Source: an uncultured delta proteobacterium (GTDB taxonomy: Bacteria > Myxococcota_A > Polyangia > Polyangiales > Polyangiaceae). From it: a DNA stretch of 64,000 bases. The position numbers and the translations under genes are program-made. Below, one piece after another: positions 39,501 to 48,404 of this stretch. How positions within the stretch are numbered: the stretch's first letter is position 1; each line of letters begins with the position of its first letter. The stretch is taken from NCBI GenBank assembly GCA_963850305.1, contig CAWKKR010000007.1:896001-960000 (forward strand). Reading direction: 5' to 3'. The notes below the pieces were generated by a model. The model was not told the DNA's origin. It ran no database searches and saw only the letters and a list, made by a program, of their open reading frames with translations.

Positions 39501-40433
39501 CTATTCGCTGATGTCGGGCTTGGTCGGGAAGAAGAAGCCCCAGGAGACCGTCAACATCTGGTTGAACTTGAACTCCTTGTCGGCCGAGCTGATCGCGTAG
39601 TCCGGGAACTTGTTGCCGGGTCCGCCCCCGTGATTGTCGAAGCCGCTGGTGTTCCTCGAGAACGGCATGCCGCGCCACTCGAAGCCGAAGGCATTCCAGT
39701 TGTTCACGTAGAACGAAAGTCCGAGACCGAAAGTAGGCGCGATCGCGACGCTGCTCTGCAGGTTGAACGACTGGGGGCTGGAGCAAGTGCCCGCCGCGCA
39801 ATTGCCGCGCTCCCGGACACCGACGACCGCGGCGCCGCCGAAGAGGTACAGATCCGTGTCCGCGAAGATGCTCTGGAAGAGTGCAATCTTGCCGCGGAAG
39901 GGCACCACCGTCAGCTGCGGTGCGAGCACCCAGTCAATCGTCCCGAGCTGGTTCAGGAAGTTCGGACCGAGGTTCACCGACGTGATGCGCGCATCGGTGG
40001 TCGGGGGCTGACCGTGGCTCAGCTGAGTATTGTTCACATTCTGCCGCTGGACGTTGACGGTCTGGATGTTTTCGGCGAGCGCGGTGTCGACCTTCACGGC
40101 GCCATACGCGCCCCACACTCCGAGCGCGATCCAGTCCGCGAGGTTGTAATTGAGGCGAGCGCCGAAATAGATTTCACGCTGATACTCGTCGAGGAGCGAG
40201 AAAGTCGCCGTCGGCGCAATCTCGAACCGGCCCTGGCGATAGAGCTTGAGCTTGCGCACCGAGGGCGCCCCGGCGAGCGGCCCCGTCAGGAGGATCTCCT
40301 GGGCCTGGGCGGTTTGGGTCCCCGCGAGCAGCGTCAAGCCAGCGACGAGGCCGGCGAGCGCCACCCGTCCCATCCTGCCCACGATCTTGCTGGTCAATCG
40401 CATCGCGCCGTGTCCTTGCCGTTGTTCGATCAT
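39501..40433 (-). CDS. Myxococcal outer-membrane beta-barrel, GltA/GltB type
   Basis: Signal ..TAQA; GRFEIAPT..SLLDEY, YNLADWIALG, VPFRGK, DLYLFGGA, GLGLSFY, C-terminal SWGFFFP; ATGA-coupled to the upstream barrel. Confidence 0.8.
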   Translation of the reverse strand: MIEQRQGHGAMRLTSKIVGRMGRVALAGLVAGLTLLAGTQTAQAQEILLTGPLAGAPSVRKLKLYRQGRFEIAPTATFSLLDEYQREIYFGARLNYNLADWIALGVWGAYGAVKVDTALAENIQTVNVQRQNVNNTQLSHGQPPTTDARITSVNLGPNFLNQLGTIDWVLAPQLTVVPFRGKIALFQSIFADTDLYLFGGAAVVGVRERGNCAAGTCSSPQSFNLQSSVAIAPTFGLGLSFYVNNWNAFGFEWRGMPFSRNTSGFDNHGGGPGNKFPDYAISSADKEFKFNQMLTVSWGFFFPTKPDISE

Positions 40434-41533
40434 TTCGGCAACCGGTAGTCGAAGGAGAACGGAATGAAGACCGAGATGCCGAGCTGTGCTTGCACGTTGT
40501 TCGTCAGGCGTGCAGACGGGTCGTACCAGGTGCTGGGGTCCTTCGGATTGGCCGCCACCGTCGTCGATTCGATCTTGTCGTCGAAGATGTAATCCCGGAC
40601 CTCCATGTCAGCGGCAAACCACCGGCTGAAGAAGACCCGAAGCCCGAGCCCGGCGTTGAACGCGAGCTCCGGCTTGAAGTCGAACGTGCGGTTATCCGGG
40701 TCGATGGTCGGGATGGGGCGTGCGCTCAGGGCGCCGACGCCTCCCACGACGTAAGCGTCGTACTGGAAGATGAAGTCGGCAAAGCCCGAGAACTTTCCGG
40801 CGACGGGGACGTATGTGAAATTCAGCGCGCCGCCCCACTGATATTCCGTGAGCGGCACCGCGATGCGTGCCGCGCGGCGCGTCTCGAAGTTGAACAAGCT
40901 GTCCGCGTTGAAGGGCTGGTAGTAGTTGCCATTCACGCCGATCGCGAGAACCTGCGTGATCCAGTAGTTCAGCCCGACCCCAGGCCCGTCGTGCGAGACG
41001 AACTGATCGTTCAACGTGAGCGACCAGTACGGCATCAACTCCACGCGGTGCTTGCGGAGCGCGAACACCTGCTGGACGGCGTAAACCTGCTCCTTGATGT
41101 CTTTCGCCGCTTCCTTGTCGAAGTCCACCTTGGGGCAAGCGTCGGGGTCGACCTTGCAGATGCCCTCGAGGTCGCCGCTGGCCGCGGGGGTCTCGCCTTC
41201 ATCGCTTTCGTCGCCACCGGACTGGTCTCCGCCCTCGCCACCGGACTGGTCTCCGCCCTGATCGCCACCGGACTGGTCTCCGCCTTGATCACCGCCTTTG
41301 GTAGCGCCCCCGCTGTCATCATCGGAGTCGTCCGACTTGTCCGCTCCCTTTGGCTTGCTCGCTCCCTTGTCGCTGTCGTCGCTGTCGCTGTCGCTGTCGT
41401 CGTCGCTATCGTCGTCCTTCGACGCAGCGGCAGCATGCTTGGCCGTGCCTTTGCCCTTACCCTTAGCGTGAGCGCTGAGGGGGTAGTGGCAGAGAGCGAC
41501 AGCGACCAGCAGCGCAATGCGGACCTTCTTCAT
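40430..41533 (-). CDS. Myxococcal outer-membrane beta-barrel, GltA/GltB type, with acidic Gly/Asp/Ser N-terminal extension
   Basis: VYAVQQ..HRVELMP..TLNDQF, YVPVAGKF, DAYVVGGVG, GLGLRVF, EVRDY, GISVFIP. Confidence 0.82.
   Translation of the reverse strand: MKKVRIALLVAVALCHYPLSAHAKGKGKGTAKHAAAASKDDDSDDDSDSDSDDSDKGASKPKGADKSDDSDDDSGGATKGGDQGGDQSGGDQGGDQSGGEGGDQSGGDESDEGETPAASGDLEGICKVDPDACPKVDFDKEAAKDIKEQVYAVQQVFALRKHRVELMPYWSLTLNDQFVSHDGPGVGLNYWITQVLAIGVNGNYYQPFNADSLFNFETRRAARIAVPLTEYQWGGALNFTYVPVAGKFSGFADFIFQYDAYVVGGVGALSARPIPTIDPDNRTFDFKPELAFNAGLGLRVFFSRWFAADMEVRDYIFDDKIESTTVAANPKDPSTWYDPSARLTNNVQAQLGISVFIPFSFDYRLPK
41211..41285 (-). repeat. Coding tandem repeat GGDQSGG(D/E) x3
   Basis: TCGCCACCGGACTGGTCTCCGCC at 41211, 41235, 41262. 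Confidence 0.8.
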
Positions 41534-41649
41534 ACTTCTTCCGCTTTCCCCGAGGCAGGGCCTACTCCGGCGCAGTCAGTGTAACTCTTCACACCGGGTG
41601 TAACTGGCGGGAACTACAAGCAAAATTACCCAATCGAAAACGCGGGGCG

Positions 41650-41679
41650 ACTATATCACGCTAAATTTGAGGCAATCAA
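41650..41679 (-). promoter_or_regulatory. sigma70-type promoter of the beta-barrel pair
   Basis: Minus strand TTGATT-N18-TATAGT with extended TGn -10, in an AT-rich island. Confidence 0.55.
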
Positions 41680-41811
41680 CAACCAAAACTCACGCGGCGA
41701 CTTGGCAAATCCTCAAAATCTTCTTCGCCGCGCCAAGTCAAAGCCATCCTCACATCAACCCACTCGCCACTTCTCGCTCAGAGCGCGCGGCACGCGAAGC
41801 GGAAACGGGCT

Positions 41812-43050
41812 TCACGCTTCCGCCGCGGCGGAGTCGGGGCCAAGCAGCGCGTCCACGAACTCCGCTGGCGAAAACTCATGCAGATCGTCGGGTCGTTCAC
41901 CGAGTCCCACGAAGCGAACGGGCAGCGCGAGCTCATCCGAGATCCCGAGAACGACGCCGCCCTTGGCAGTGCCGTCGAGCTTGGTGAGCACGATGCCCGT
42001 CAGATCGAGGGCGGCTTTGAACTCGGTTGCCTGCGCGAGCGCGTTCTGTCCATTCGTCGCGTCGATGACGAGCAGGATCTCGTGCGGCGCACCTTCCAGT
42101 GCCTTGCTCGCGGTGCGAGCAATCTTTTGCATTTCCGCCATCAAGTTCGTCTTCGTGTGCAATCGCCCGGCCGTGTCCGCGAGCACGACGTCCGCGCCGA
42201 TGGCCTGGGCCTTCTGGATGGCTTCGAAGACTACGCTGCCCGGATCCGCGCCGTCCTTGCCGCGGACGACCTCGCACCCGACGCGCGAGCCCCAGACGGC
42301 GAGCTGCTGTACGGCGGCGGCGCGAAAGGTATCTCCGGCGGCCAGGACGACTTTGACGCCCTCGTCCTTCAACTTGGTCGCCAGCTTGCCGATGGTCGTC
42401 GTCTTGCCCGCGCCGTTGACGCCGACGAAGAGCACGACCGTCGGTTTCGCCTTCAGCTCGAGCGAGCGCACTTTGCCGCCGAGATCGAGAATCCGGCGCG
42501 ACTCTTCGCGCAATGCTTCCCAGACCCTCTCCGGATCGACGTGCTCACCTTTGCCGAGCGTGGCGCGCACGCGCTCGAGAATCGTGGCCGTCGTCTTGAC
42601 TCCGACGTCCGAGGCGAGGAGCACTTCCTCGATCGAGGCGGCGATCGCCTGGTCGATTTCCGGGCGTCCGCCGAACAGGCTCTTCAGCTTTCCGAAGAAC
42701 CCCTCCGACTCGCGCGATCTGGCGAGTCCGCGCCGCAGACTGTCCACGTCCGCTCGACGGGAGAAAAGCCGGCGTGCGGGCGCTTCGGGAGCCGGTCTTT
42801 CCGGTGCCGCCGGAGGTTCCGCCGCGGGGGCGGGCTCCGACGGCGCGGTCTCGGGGCGGACCGAGGCCGCTTTTGCCGCTTCGCGGGGTGCAGCCTCGGG
42901 CTTGCGAGACTCCCGCTTCGGCGCGGCGTCTTCCTTCGGCGCGAGCGCCGGCTGGGCCTTGCTTGACGGAGGAGACGGCGCCTCGGGCTTCCGGACGAAC
43001 AGGAAGTAAATGGCGACGACGACGATCAGTGCGATGATGACGAAAGTCAT
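41812..43050 (-). CDS. ftsY: SRP receptor FtsY with N-terminal transmembrane anchor
   Basis: SDVGV, GVNGAGKTTTIGKLA, AGDTFRAAA, DTAGR, DATNGQN, TKLDGTAKGG, GLGE; N-terminus MTFVIIALIVVVAIYFLFVRK. Confidence 0.97.
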   Translation of the reverse strand: MTFVIIALIVVVAIYFLFVRKPEAPSPPSSKAQPALAPKEDAAPKRESRKPEAAPREAAKAASVRPETAPSEPAPAAEPPAAPERPAPEAPARRLFSRRADVDSLRRGLARSRESEGFFGKLKSLFGGRPEIDQAIAASIEEVLLASDVGVKTTATILERVRATLGKGEHVDPERVWEALREESRRILDLGGKVRSLELKAKPTVVLFVGVNGAGKTTTIGKLATKLKDEGVKVVLAAGDTFRAAAVQQLAVWGSRVGCEVVRGKDGADPGSVVFEAIQKAQAIGADVVLADTAGRLHTKTNLMAEMQKIARTASKALEGAPHEILLVIDATNGQNALAQATEFKAALDLTGIVLTKLDGTAKGGVVLGISDELALPVRFVGLGERPDDLHEFSPAEFVDALLGPDSAAAEA

Positions 43051-43108
43051 GCTCTCTCTGCCGTTTCGGCGAGCGGGGTGGCCACTATTCAACGCGGCGT
43101 GTCGGGCG

Positions 43109-44845
43109 TCAACGCGGTTTGCTGGACGGGGGCTCCCTGGCGATCAGTTCGCTTTCTCTGCGCTCGTCCGGGGGCACCGGGCCGTAGGCGGCTTCGGTCA
43201 CCGAAATGGCCCAATCCGCGACGGCGCGATCCTTCCGTCGTCCGGCGACTGCCGCAAGCTCGAGCGGAGTCGGCTCCTTGTGACCTGCCGCCCAGGCGTG
43301 ACCGCCGCGGCGAGCCCAGGCAACCAGGCGGTCGAGGAGCGCCCGCCGCCGCGAGACGAGGCTGATGGCGAGCACGCCATCGCGCGGCGCTCGTTCGGAC
43401 AGGGTCGCGTGGTGCGGTGCGGTCGCGACGAGCCGTGCACCGTCGTTACGCGCCGCTGCCACGTGCGGCAGGTGGAACGCACCTTCCGCGGAGGTCGTCT
43501 GCGTCGCGGCCACGCCTTCGCCGTCGAACGCTGGCACGATGATGCTGACGCGAGCGCCGGCGATCGGCGTCCCATCGTGGGCATCGACGACGCGGCCCCG
43601 GAAACCTTTCTGCGACGCATCGGCCTCGATCAATTCCAGCGCGGGGCGTCCATCGGTCGGAAGACTGCCGGCGAGCGTGCGGGTGCGGACTGCTCGCGCG
43701 GGCCGCTTCCACGACCGCATGACCCAGTACGCCACCGCCGCGGCGGCGAAGAGCCATGGCGTGCCGCCCCACGGACTGGGCGGACGCACGGGCACATCGA
43801 TCGCGAGCGGTTCTCCGGGGGTCCAGCCGCCGCTGGAGGGGACGTAGCGGAGCACGATCGACGCCGGCTTGTTCCGCGATGCCGTGAATGTCGCGACGAC
43901 GTTCGCGGCACCCGCCGACACGGGCCCGAGCCCGACCGGTTCATCCTCGGACGTTGCCTCGACGAAACCGTCTGATACTGCCCCTGCTGCCGAGCTGACC
44001 CCGACGGTCAGAGCGACGCCCTGCGAGGGATCGGACGGGCCCGGCGCGCGCGCGAGTGACAGGTGCGCCGTGGCGCGGCGCTCGAGGAGCGCCGTTTCCG
44101 CGGCTGGCGCGAGAACCCCGCTGCCGCGGAATCGGACGATGAGCTTGCCGGTGCCCGGCGCTCCGAGAACGCGTGAATCCACGTCGAACTTCGCAGTACC
44201 TCCGATCGCCACGTCGGTTGCGCCGAGTTCCACTTCAGCCTTCGCGTCGAGCGAAGGCTGATGAAGCAGGACGAGGCGCACCGGGTCGCCGGCGCTGCCG
44301 CCATCGGCAACCGCCGTCGTCACCCAGACGACGAGGGAAGGCGAGTCGAGCGACGCGACGAGCGTTGCGGACTCGAAGTGTAGAGACAACCGCCGCTGTC
44401 CCGTCTCGCGTGGCACGGTCGCGGATGCAGCTCCGTGAAATCGATCCCCCGCGTAAGCAAGCGAGCTCCCCTCGACGCCGTCAGCGGAAGGCAAGCGAAT
44501 ACAGAAGAAGCCCAGAGCGTCCGTGTGCACCGAGACCAGCCCGCTCGTGACGTCGACGCGTTCCCCGGCGCGGCACCCGCTCGCGTTCGCGCCGTCCTCC
44601 GCGACCGACAGGGTGACGTCCGCGTCCTGGACGGGCTGTCCGACTTCGTCTCGGAGCCCCCCCGACACCTCCAGGGCGTCCGGACCTCGCACGAGCCCGA
44701 CGTTCACGAACGCCGCGTCGGCATGCACACGGAGTGCTTCACGCGCACCGGCAGCGCCGGCCACGCCGATGACCGCGAGCAGCGTTGCGAGGGCGTGCCC
44801 GACCTGCACGATGTGCCTGACGCGAAGCGCCCGAGTGCGCGGCAT
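43109..44845 (-). CDS. Membrane protein with Ig-like repeats and carboxypeptidase-regulatory-like domain
   Basis: Signal peptide, beta-rich repeats, TM WLFAAAAVAYWV, GRVVDAHDGTPIAGARV..TSAEGAF, C-terminal EAAYGP. Confidence 0.65.
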   Translation of the reverse strand: MPRTRALRVRHIVQVGHALATLLAVIGVAGAAGAREALRVHADAAFVNVGLVRGPDALEVSGGLRDEVGQPVQDADVTLSVAEDGANASGCRAGERVDVTSGLVSVHTDALGFFCIRLPSADGVEGSSLAYAGDRFHGAASATVPRETGQRRLSLHFESATLVASLDSPSLVVWVTTAVADGGSAGDPVRLVLLHQPSLDAKAEVELGATDVAIGGTAKFDVDSRVLGAPGTGKLIVRFRGSGVLAPAAETALLERRATAHLSLARAPGPSDPSQGVALTVGVSSAAGAVSDGFVEATSEDEPVGLGPVSAGAANVVATFTASRNKPASIVLRYVPSSGGWTPGEPLAIDVPVRPPSPWGGTPWLFAAAAVAYWVMRSWKRPARAVRTRTLAGSLPTDGRPALELIEADASQKGFRGRVVDAHDGTPIAGARVSIIVPAFDGEGVAATQTTSAEGAFHLPHVAAARNDGARLVATAPHHATLSERAPRDGVLAISLVSRRRALLDRLVAWARRGGHAWAAGHKEPTPLELAAVAGRRKDRAVADWAISVTEAAYGPVPPDERRESELIAREPPSSKPR

Positions 44846-44935
44846 GCGGCGTCGAGCCTACACCCGAAACTCGCTACGGTTCGGGGGTCTCGTCTTGACA
44901 TCGTTCGCCGCAAAACGGATGGTGGAGTGCTCGCC

Positions 44936-45766
44936 GTGCTGTCTTCCGCTCTTCGCGTCGGATTCGTCACGCTGGGGTCGATCGCGTTGTTCGTTGCGGC
45001 GTCGTGCGTGTGCACCGTCGCGCGGGCCGACGCCAGCGTCGACCACATGGCGAGCGAGCTCCGGAACAACGAAGACTTCCGGGTTCGCACCCAGGCGGCG
45101 CTCGCGCTCGGGGCGTCGCGCGACAAGGCCGCCGTCGCGCCCCTCTGCGAAGGACTCGACGACTCGAACACGTCCGTTCGCGCCGCCGCCGCCGCGGCTC
45201 TCGGCAAGCTCGCGCTCGGCGGCGCGAACTGCCTCAAAGCGCACCTGTCGAGCGAGGCGAACGCGTCCGTCCGGACCGTCATCGAAAAGGCGATATCGAG
45301 CGCGAGCGGGGGAGGCGGCCAGGCCGGCGTGTCTGCGGAAACGAAGTACTACATCGCGGTGGGTCCCACGACGGACAAGACCGGGCGCGGTGGCACCGGG
45401 GTGGACGACATGGTGCACGACGCCATGGTCCAGGCCGCGGGTGGGCTCGACGGCTGCGTGGTCGCGCCGCGTGAAGAAAAGGCCGAGGCCGCGAAGGCGC
45501 TCGTCGCGAAGTACAAGCAGATGAAGACCTTCTTCCTGTGGCCCAAGGTGCAGGCCCCGGACTACGGCGGCGGAAACCTGACGGTCAGGTTCGAGATCGC
45601 GGTCTTCACTTATCCGAGCAAGGCTTTGAAGGGGACGATACCCCTCAAGCTGACGATGCCGGATGTTCCGACGACGGACCGGAGCTCGGAAGACGACCTA
45701 ATCCGGCGTGCAGCTGAGTCTGCGCTTCAACGCTTCTTCGAGAACGCGGACAGGTTCGCACAGTGA
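44936..45766 (+). CDS. Exported HEAT-repeat protein
   Basis: GTG after GGAG; signal ..VARA; DFRVRTQAALALG, LDDSNTSVRAAAAAALGKL, EANASVR. Confidence 0.75.
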   Translation: MLSSALRVGFVTLGSIALFVAASCVCTVARADASVDHMASELRNNEDFRVRTQAALALGASRDKAAVAPLCEGLDDSNTSVRAAAAAALGKLALGGANCLKAHLSSEANASVRTVIEKAISSASGGGGQAGVSAETKYYIAVGPTTDKTGRGGTGVDDMVHDAMVQAAGGLDGCVVAPREEKAEAAKALVAKYKQMKTFFLWPKVQAPDYGGGNLTVRFEIAVFTYPSKALKGTIPLKLTMPDVPTTDRSSEDDLIRRAAESALQRFFENADRFAQ

Positions 45767-45920
45767 GAGCTCTCGTTTACGGGTCCCCTTATCGAACGCC
45801 GGAAAAGTGCCGCCACGCGCTTGCACCGCGGGACCGTAGCCCCGTACGCTTCCGGGGTAGGAGTTTCGGATCCCGCACGCGCAGGGAGCGCCGGCAGAGC
45901 ATTTTTCGGAGAACACGGTC

Positions 45921-46709
45921 ATGGGAGTAGCGACATCGGTCTCCGTGGGTCCGCCGGGGCGCCATCAACGTCGGCTCAGGAACTACCTGCTCGACGCGCA
46001 TTTTCAGCTCAAGTACGCGGGCTACCTCGTCGGCATCGCCTTCGTCCTCAGCGTCTCCCTCGGGACGATTCTCTGGCGAACCAGCACGGCTGTCATCGCC
46101 GAGAGCCGCGAGTCGGTCGCCGTCGGAGAGCAGGTCGTCGAGCGCGGCCGAGACGTCGTGAAGGAGAGCAAGAAGGTCAACGCGGTCGTTCAGATGAACA
46201 TCGTGCGTGATCCGGCGTACGCGGACAATCCCGCGCTCCTCACGGCGTTCCAGTCGGATGCCAAGGACAACGACGACAAGCTCAACAATCAACAGAGCGG
46301 GCTCGAAGATCAGGCGAAGCGGCTGAAGGACGAAGCCACGCGCCTCGAATCCCAGCAGCGCGACGTCGGGACCGCGCTCGTTCTCTTGCTGGCCTTGTTC
46401 GTCGTGGGCGTGGGACTCGCGGGGATCGTCGTCACGCACCGGATAGCGGGCCCCATCTACAAGATGAAGCGCCAGTTGAAGGAGCTCGGAGACGGCAACT
46501 ATCAGATCCCGTATCCGCTCAGGAAAGGTGACGAGCTGGTCGAGTTCTTCGAGCAGTTCCGGACGATGGTCAGGCAGCTCCGCGAACGGCAGGAAAAGGA
46601 GATCGCCCTCCTCGACCGCGCGATCCTGAATCTATCCGCGAAGACCGATGAAGCGGAGCTCAGCGAGCTGAAGAGCCTGCGCGAGAACATGCAGGCGAGT
46701 CTCAATTAG
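45921..46709 (+). CDS. TM - coiled coil - TM - HAMP protein without output domain
   Basis: RRLRNYLLDAHFQLKY, two TM helices, THRIAGPIYKM..GDGN..LRKGDEL..F..M. Confidence 0.78.
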   Translation: MGVATSVSVGPPGRHQRRLRNYLLDAHFQLKYAGYLVGIAFVLSVSLGTILWRTSTAVIAESRESVAVGEQVVERGRDVVKESKKVNAVVQMNIVRDPAYADNPALLTAFQSDAKDNDDKLNNQQSGLEDQAKRLKDEATRLESQQRDVGTALVLLLALFVVGVGLAGIVVTHRIAGPIYKMKRQLKELGDGNYQIPYPLRKGDELVEFFEQFRTMVRQLRERQEKEIALLDRAILNLSAKTDEAELSELKSLRENMQASLN

Positions 46710-46730
46710 CCGTGTCGCGCGGCGACGGAT

Positions 46731-47186
46731 CTAGAAAGCAGCCTTCGCGTATTCGACGGTGGGCACGCCGTCCGTGAACGCGACGCTTGCGGCATCGATG
46801 CGCAGCCGATCGACGGTCGCATCGTCGCGGTAGCGATCTCTCCAGAGACGCTCGGCGGCGCGGCGAACGCGCGCGCGCTTCTTCGAGTCCAGGCTGCCGA
46901 AGGCACTCGTCCAGGCCTTGCCTCCTCGTGCCCGCACTTCCACGACGATCACGACGCGCCGGTGGCGCGCGACGATGTCGAGCTCGAGCCGCCCGACGCG
47001 GAGGTTCGTCGCGACGATGCTCGCGCCCGCGCTCTTCAGGTATTCGACGACCGCGGCTTCAGCGCGCTTCCCCAGGTCTTGCGCCCGGGCGGCGCGAGTG
47101 CGTTCAGTTGATGCCGTCGGGGTGCACCGGCCCGCAGGTTTCCCCGGCAAGCAAGCAAGGGCTCCCGCTCGCCACTTGAGCGGCAT
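46731..47186 (-). CDS. YraN (UPF0102) family putative nuclease; start uncertain
   Basis: LGKRAEAAV..L..G..IVATNLR..ELDIVA..VVEVRAR..KRARV..LRID..AF. Confidence 0.85.
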   Translation of the reverse strand: MPLKWRAGALACLPGKPAGRCTPTASTERTRAARAQDLGKRAEAAVVEYLKSAGASIVATNLRVGRLELDIVARHRRVVIVVEVRARGGKAWTSAFGSLDSKKRARVRRAAERLWRDRYRDDATVDRLRIDAASVAFTDGVPTVEYAKAAF

Positions 47187-47763
47187 TCGTCAGCGCCGTT
47201 CCCGCCTTGATGCAATAGGATCCTGCGAGCTGCCCGCCGCCGCTTCCGGTGCCTGCAGCGGTGACCAGACCCTGCGGAATCAGCTCGGTACACGAATAGC
47301 CGCTCGGGCACTGGCAGTACCGAACCCCCTTGTCGGGGCCATCGCAGCGACACGAGCAATACACGGCGTCGCTCGTCTGGCGACTCAACAACTGCGGGGG
47401 GACCGCGACGGCGATCAGGTTTTGAGGATTGCCATCCGCGGCCGCTCCGGGCACGTAGCACCGATTCTTCGGGTCGATGCTCGGATCTGCGAGGTTCGCT
47501 TCTTCGGGCGTGGCGGGGCTCGGGTTCGCGAGCTGCCCGTACGGGCAGCTCACGCGACCCGCGAAGTGATTCACGAGACAGAGCCGCGACTCGCACTGGA
47601 ACGAGCGGCTCTCGGTGTAGACCTGTGTGACGTCGTACCCCGCGAAGTTCTGGTCGTATTCTTGTTCGGGGACGCACGGATCACCGACGCCGGTGCTCTG
47701 GCAGGCGGCCGCGCCGAGACTCAGAACTGCAGCGATGAGAAGAAGCGTATTGGTCCGACGCAC
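47104..47763 (-). CDS. Cys-rich lipoprotein, CglC/GltK-like
   Basis: GTG 47763 after GAGG, lipobox AAAC, VGDPC..S.QCESRLC..YCSCRC..C..C..YC spacing recalls CglC; divergent from gltC. Confidence 0.6.
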   Translation of the reverse strand: MRRTNTLLLIAAVLSLGAAACQSTGVGDPCVPEQEYDQNFAGYDVTQVYTESRSFQCESRLCLVNHFAGRVSCPYGQLANPSPATPEEANLADPSIDPKNRCYVPGAAADGNPQNLIAVAVPPQLLSRQTSDAVYCSCRCDGPDKGVRYCQCPSGYSCTELIPQGLVTAAGTGSGGGQLAGSYCIKAGTALTNAAQVASGSPCLLAGETCGPVHPDGIN

Positions 47764-48251
47764 GGGTGCCTCGTGGGAATTATAGGCCTGAAAGCCTTCC
47801 TTCACGCGCCGGCACCGTAACCTCTCGCGCGGAATTCCGTCAACGGCAAAGCGTCCAGAGGATTTCGCGTCGCGATGCGCAGCGAAGCCTTCATGTGGAG
47901 CTGCTTGCTCCAGCCGATGCGCGGCGCCGAGCGAAGCGAGCCCGCCGAACGCGGCGGGGGGAGCGGTCGGGCCAGCGAACTGCGGGGGGCAAAAAGCCCC
48001 CGGGGACCCAATTTCACGTCGCGCACGGTCGCTTCTGGATAGCGAGTAACTGGTCGCGTCGTGGAGTGCATCATGGTCGATCTGATGCTGAGTGTGAGCG
48101 CGATCGAATATCGGCTCGTCATGAGCGCGCATCGATCGAGAGTCGCATGCGATGGGTGATGACGATCCAAATTTCTCCCCCGCACGGAAGTCGCGCGGTC
48201 GTCACCAAAAATGCGGATGTGGATGAACGTTTCCACTCTCGGCAGCCAGTC

Positions 48252-48281
48252 TTGACAAGGAGAACACGGGGTATCTAACAT
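48252..48281 (+). promoter_or_regulatory. sigma70-type promoter of the gltC operon
   Basis: TTGACA (48252-48257)-N18-TAACAT (48276-48281). Confidence 0.6.
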
Positions 48282-48404
48282 CCCCGCTGCCGCGAGCAGG
48301 TATCTATTGATTCTCACTGGCTTTTTGGGATCGCGCGCCGGCTCGCGAGGACGCGAGGTGCGGTCGCGATCACCGCGGAATCCGTGTCGTGAAGGAGAAA
48401 TCTC

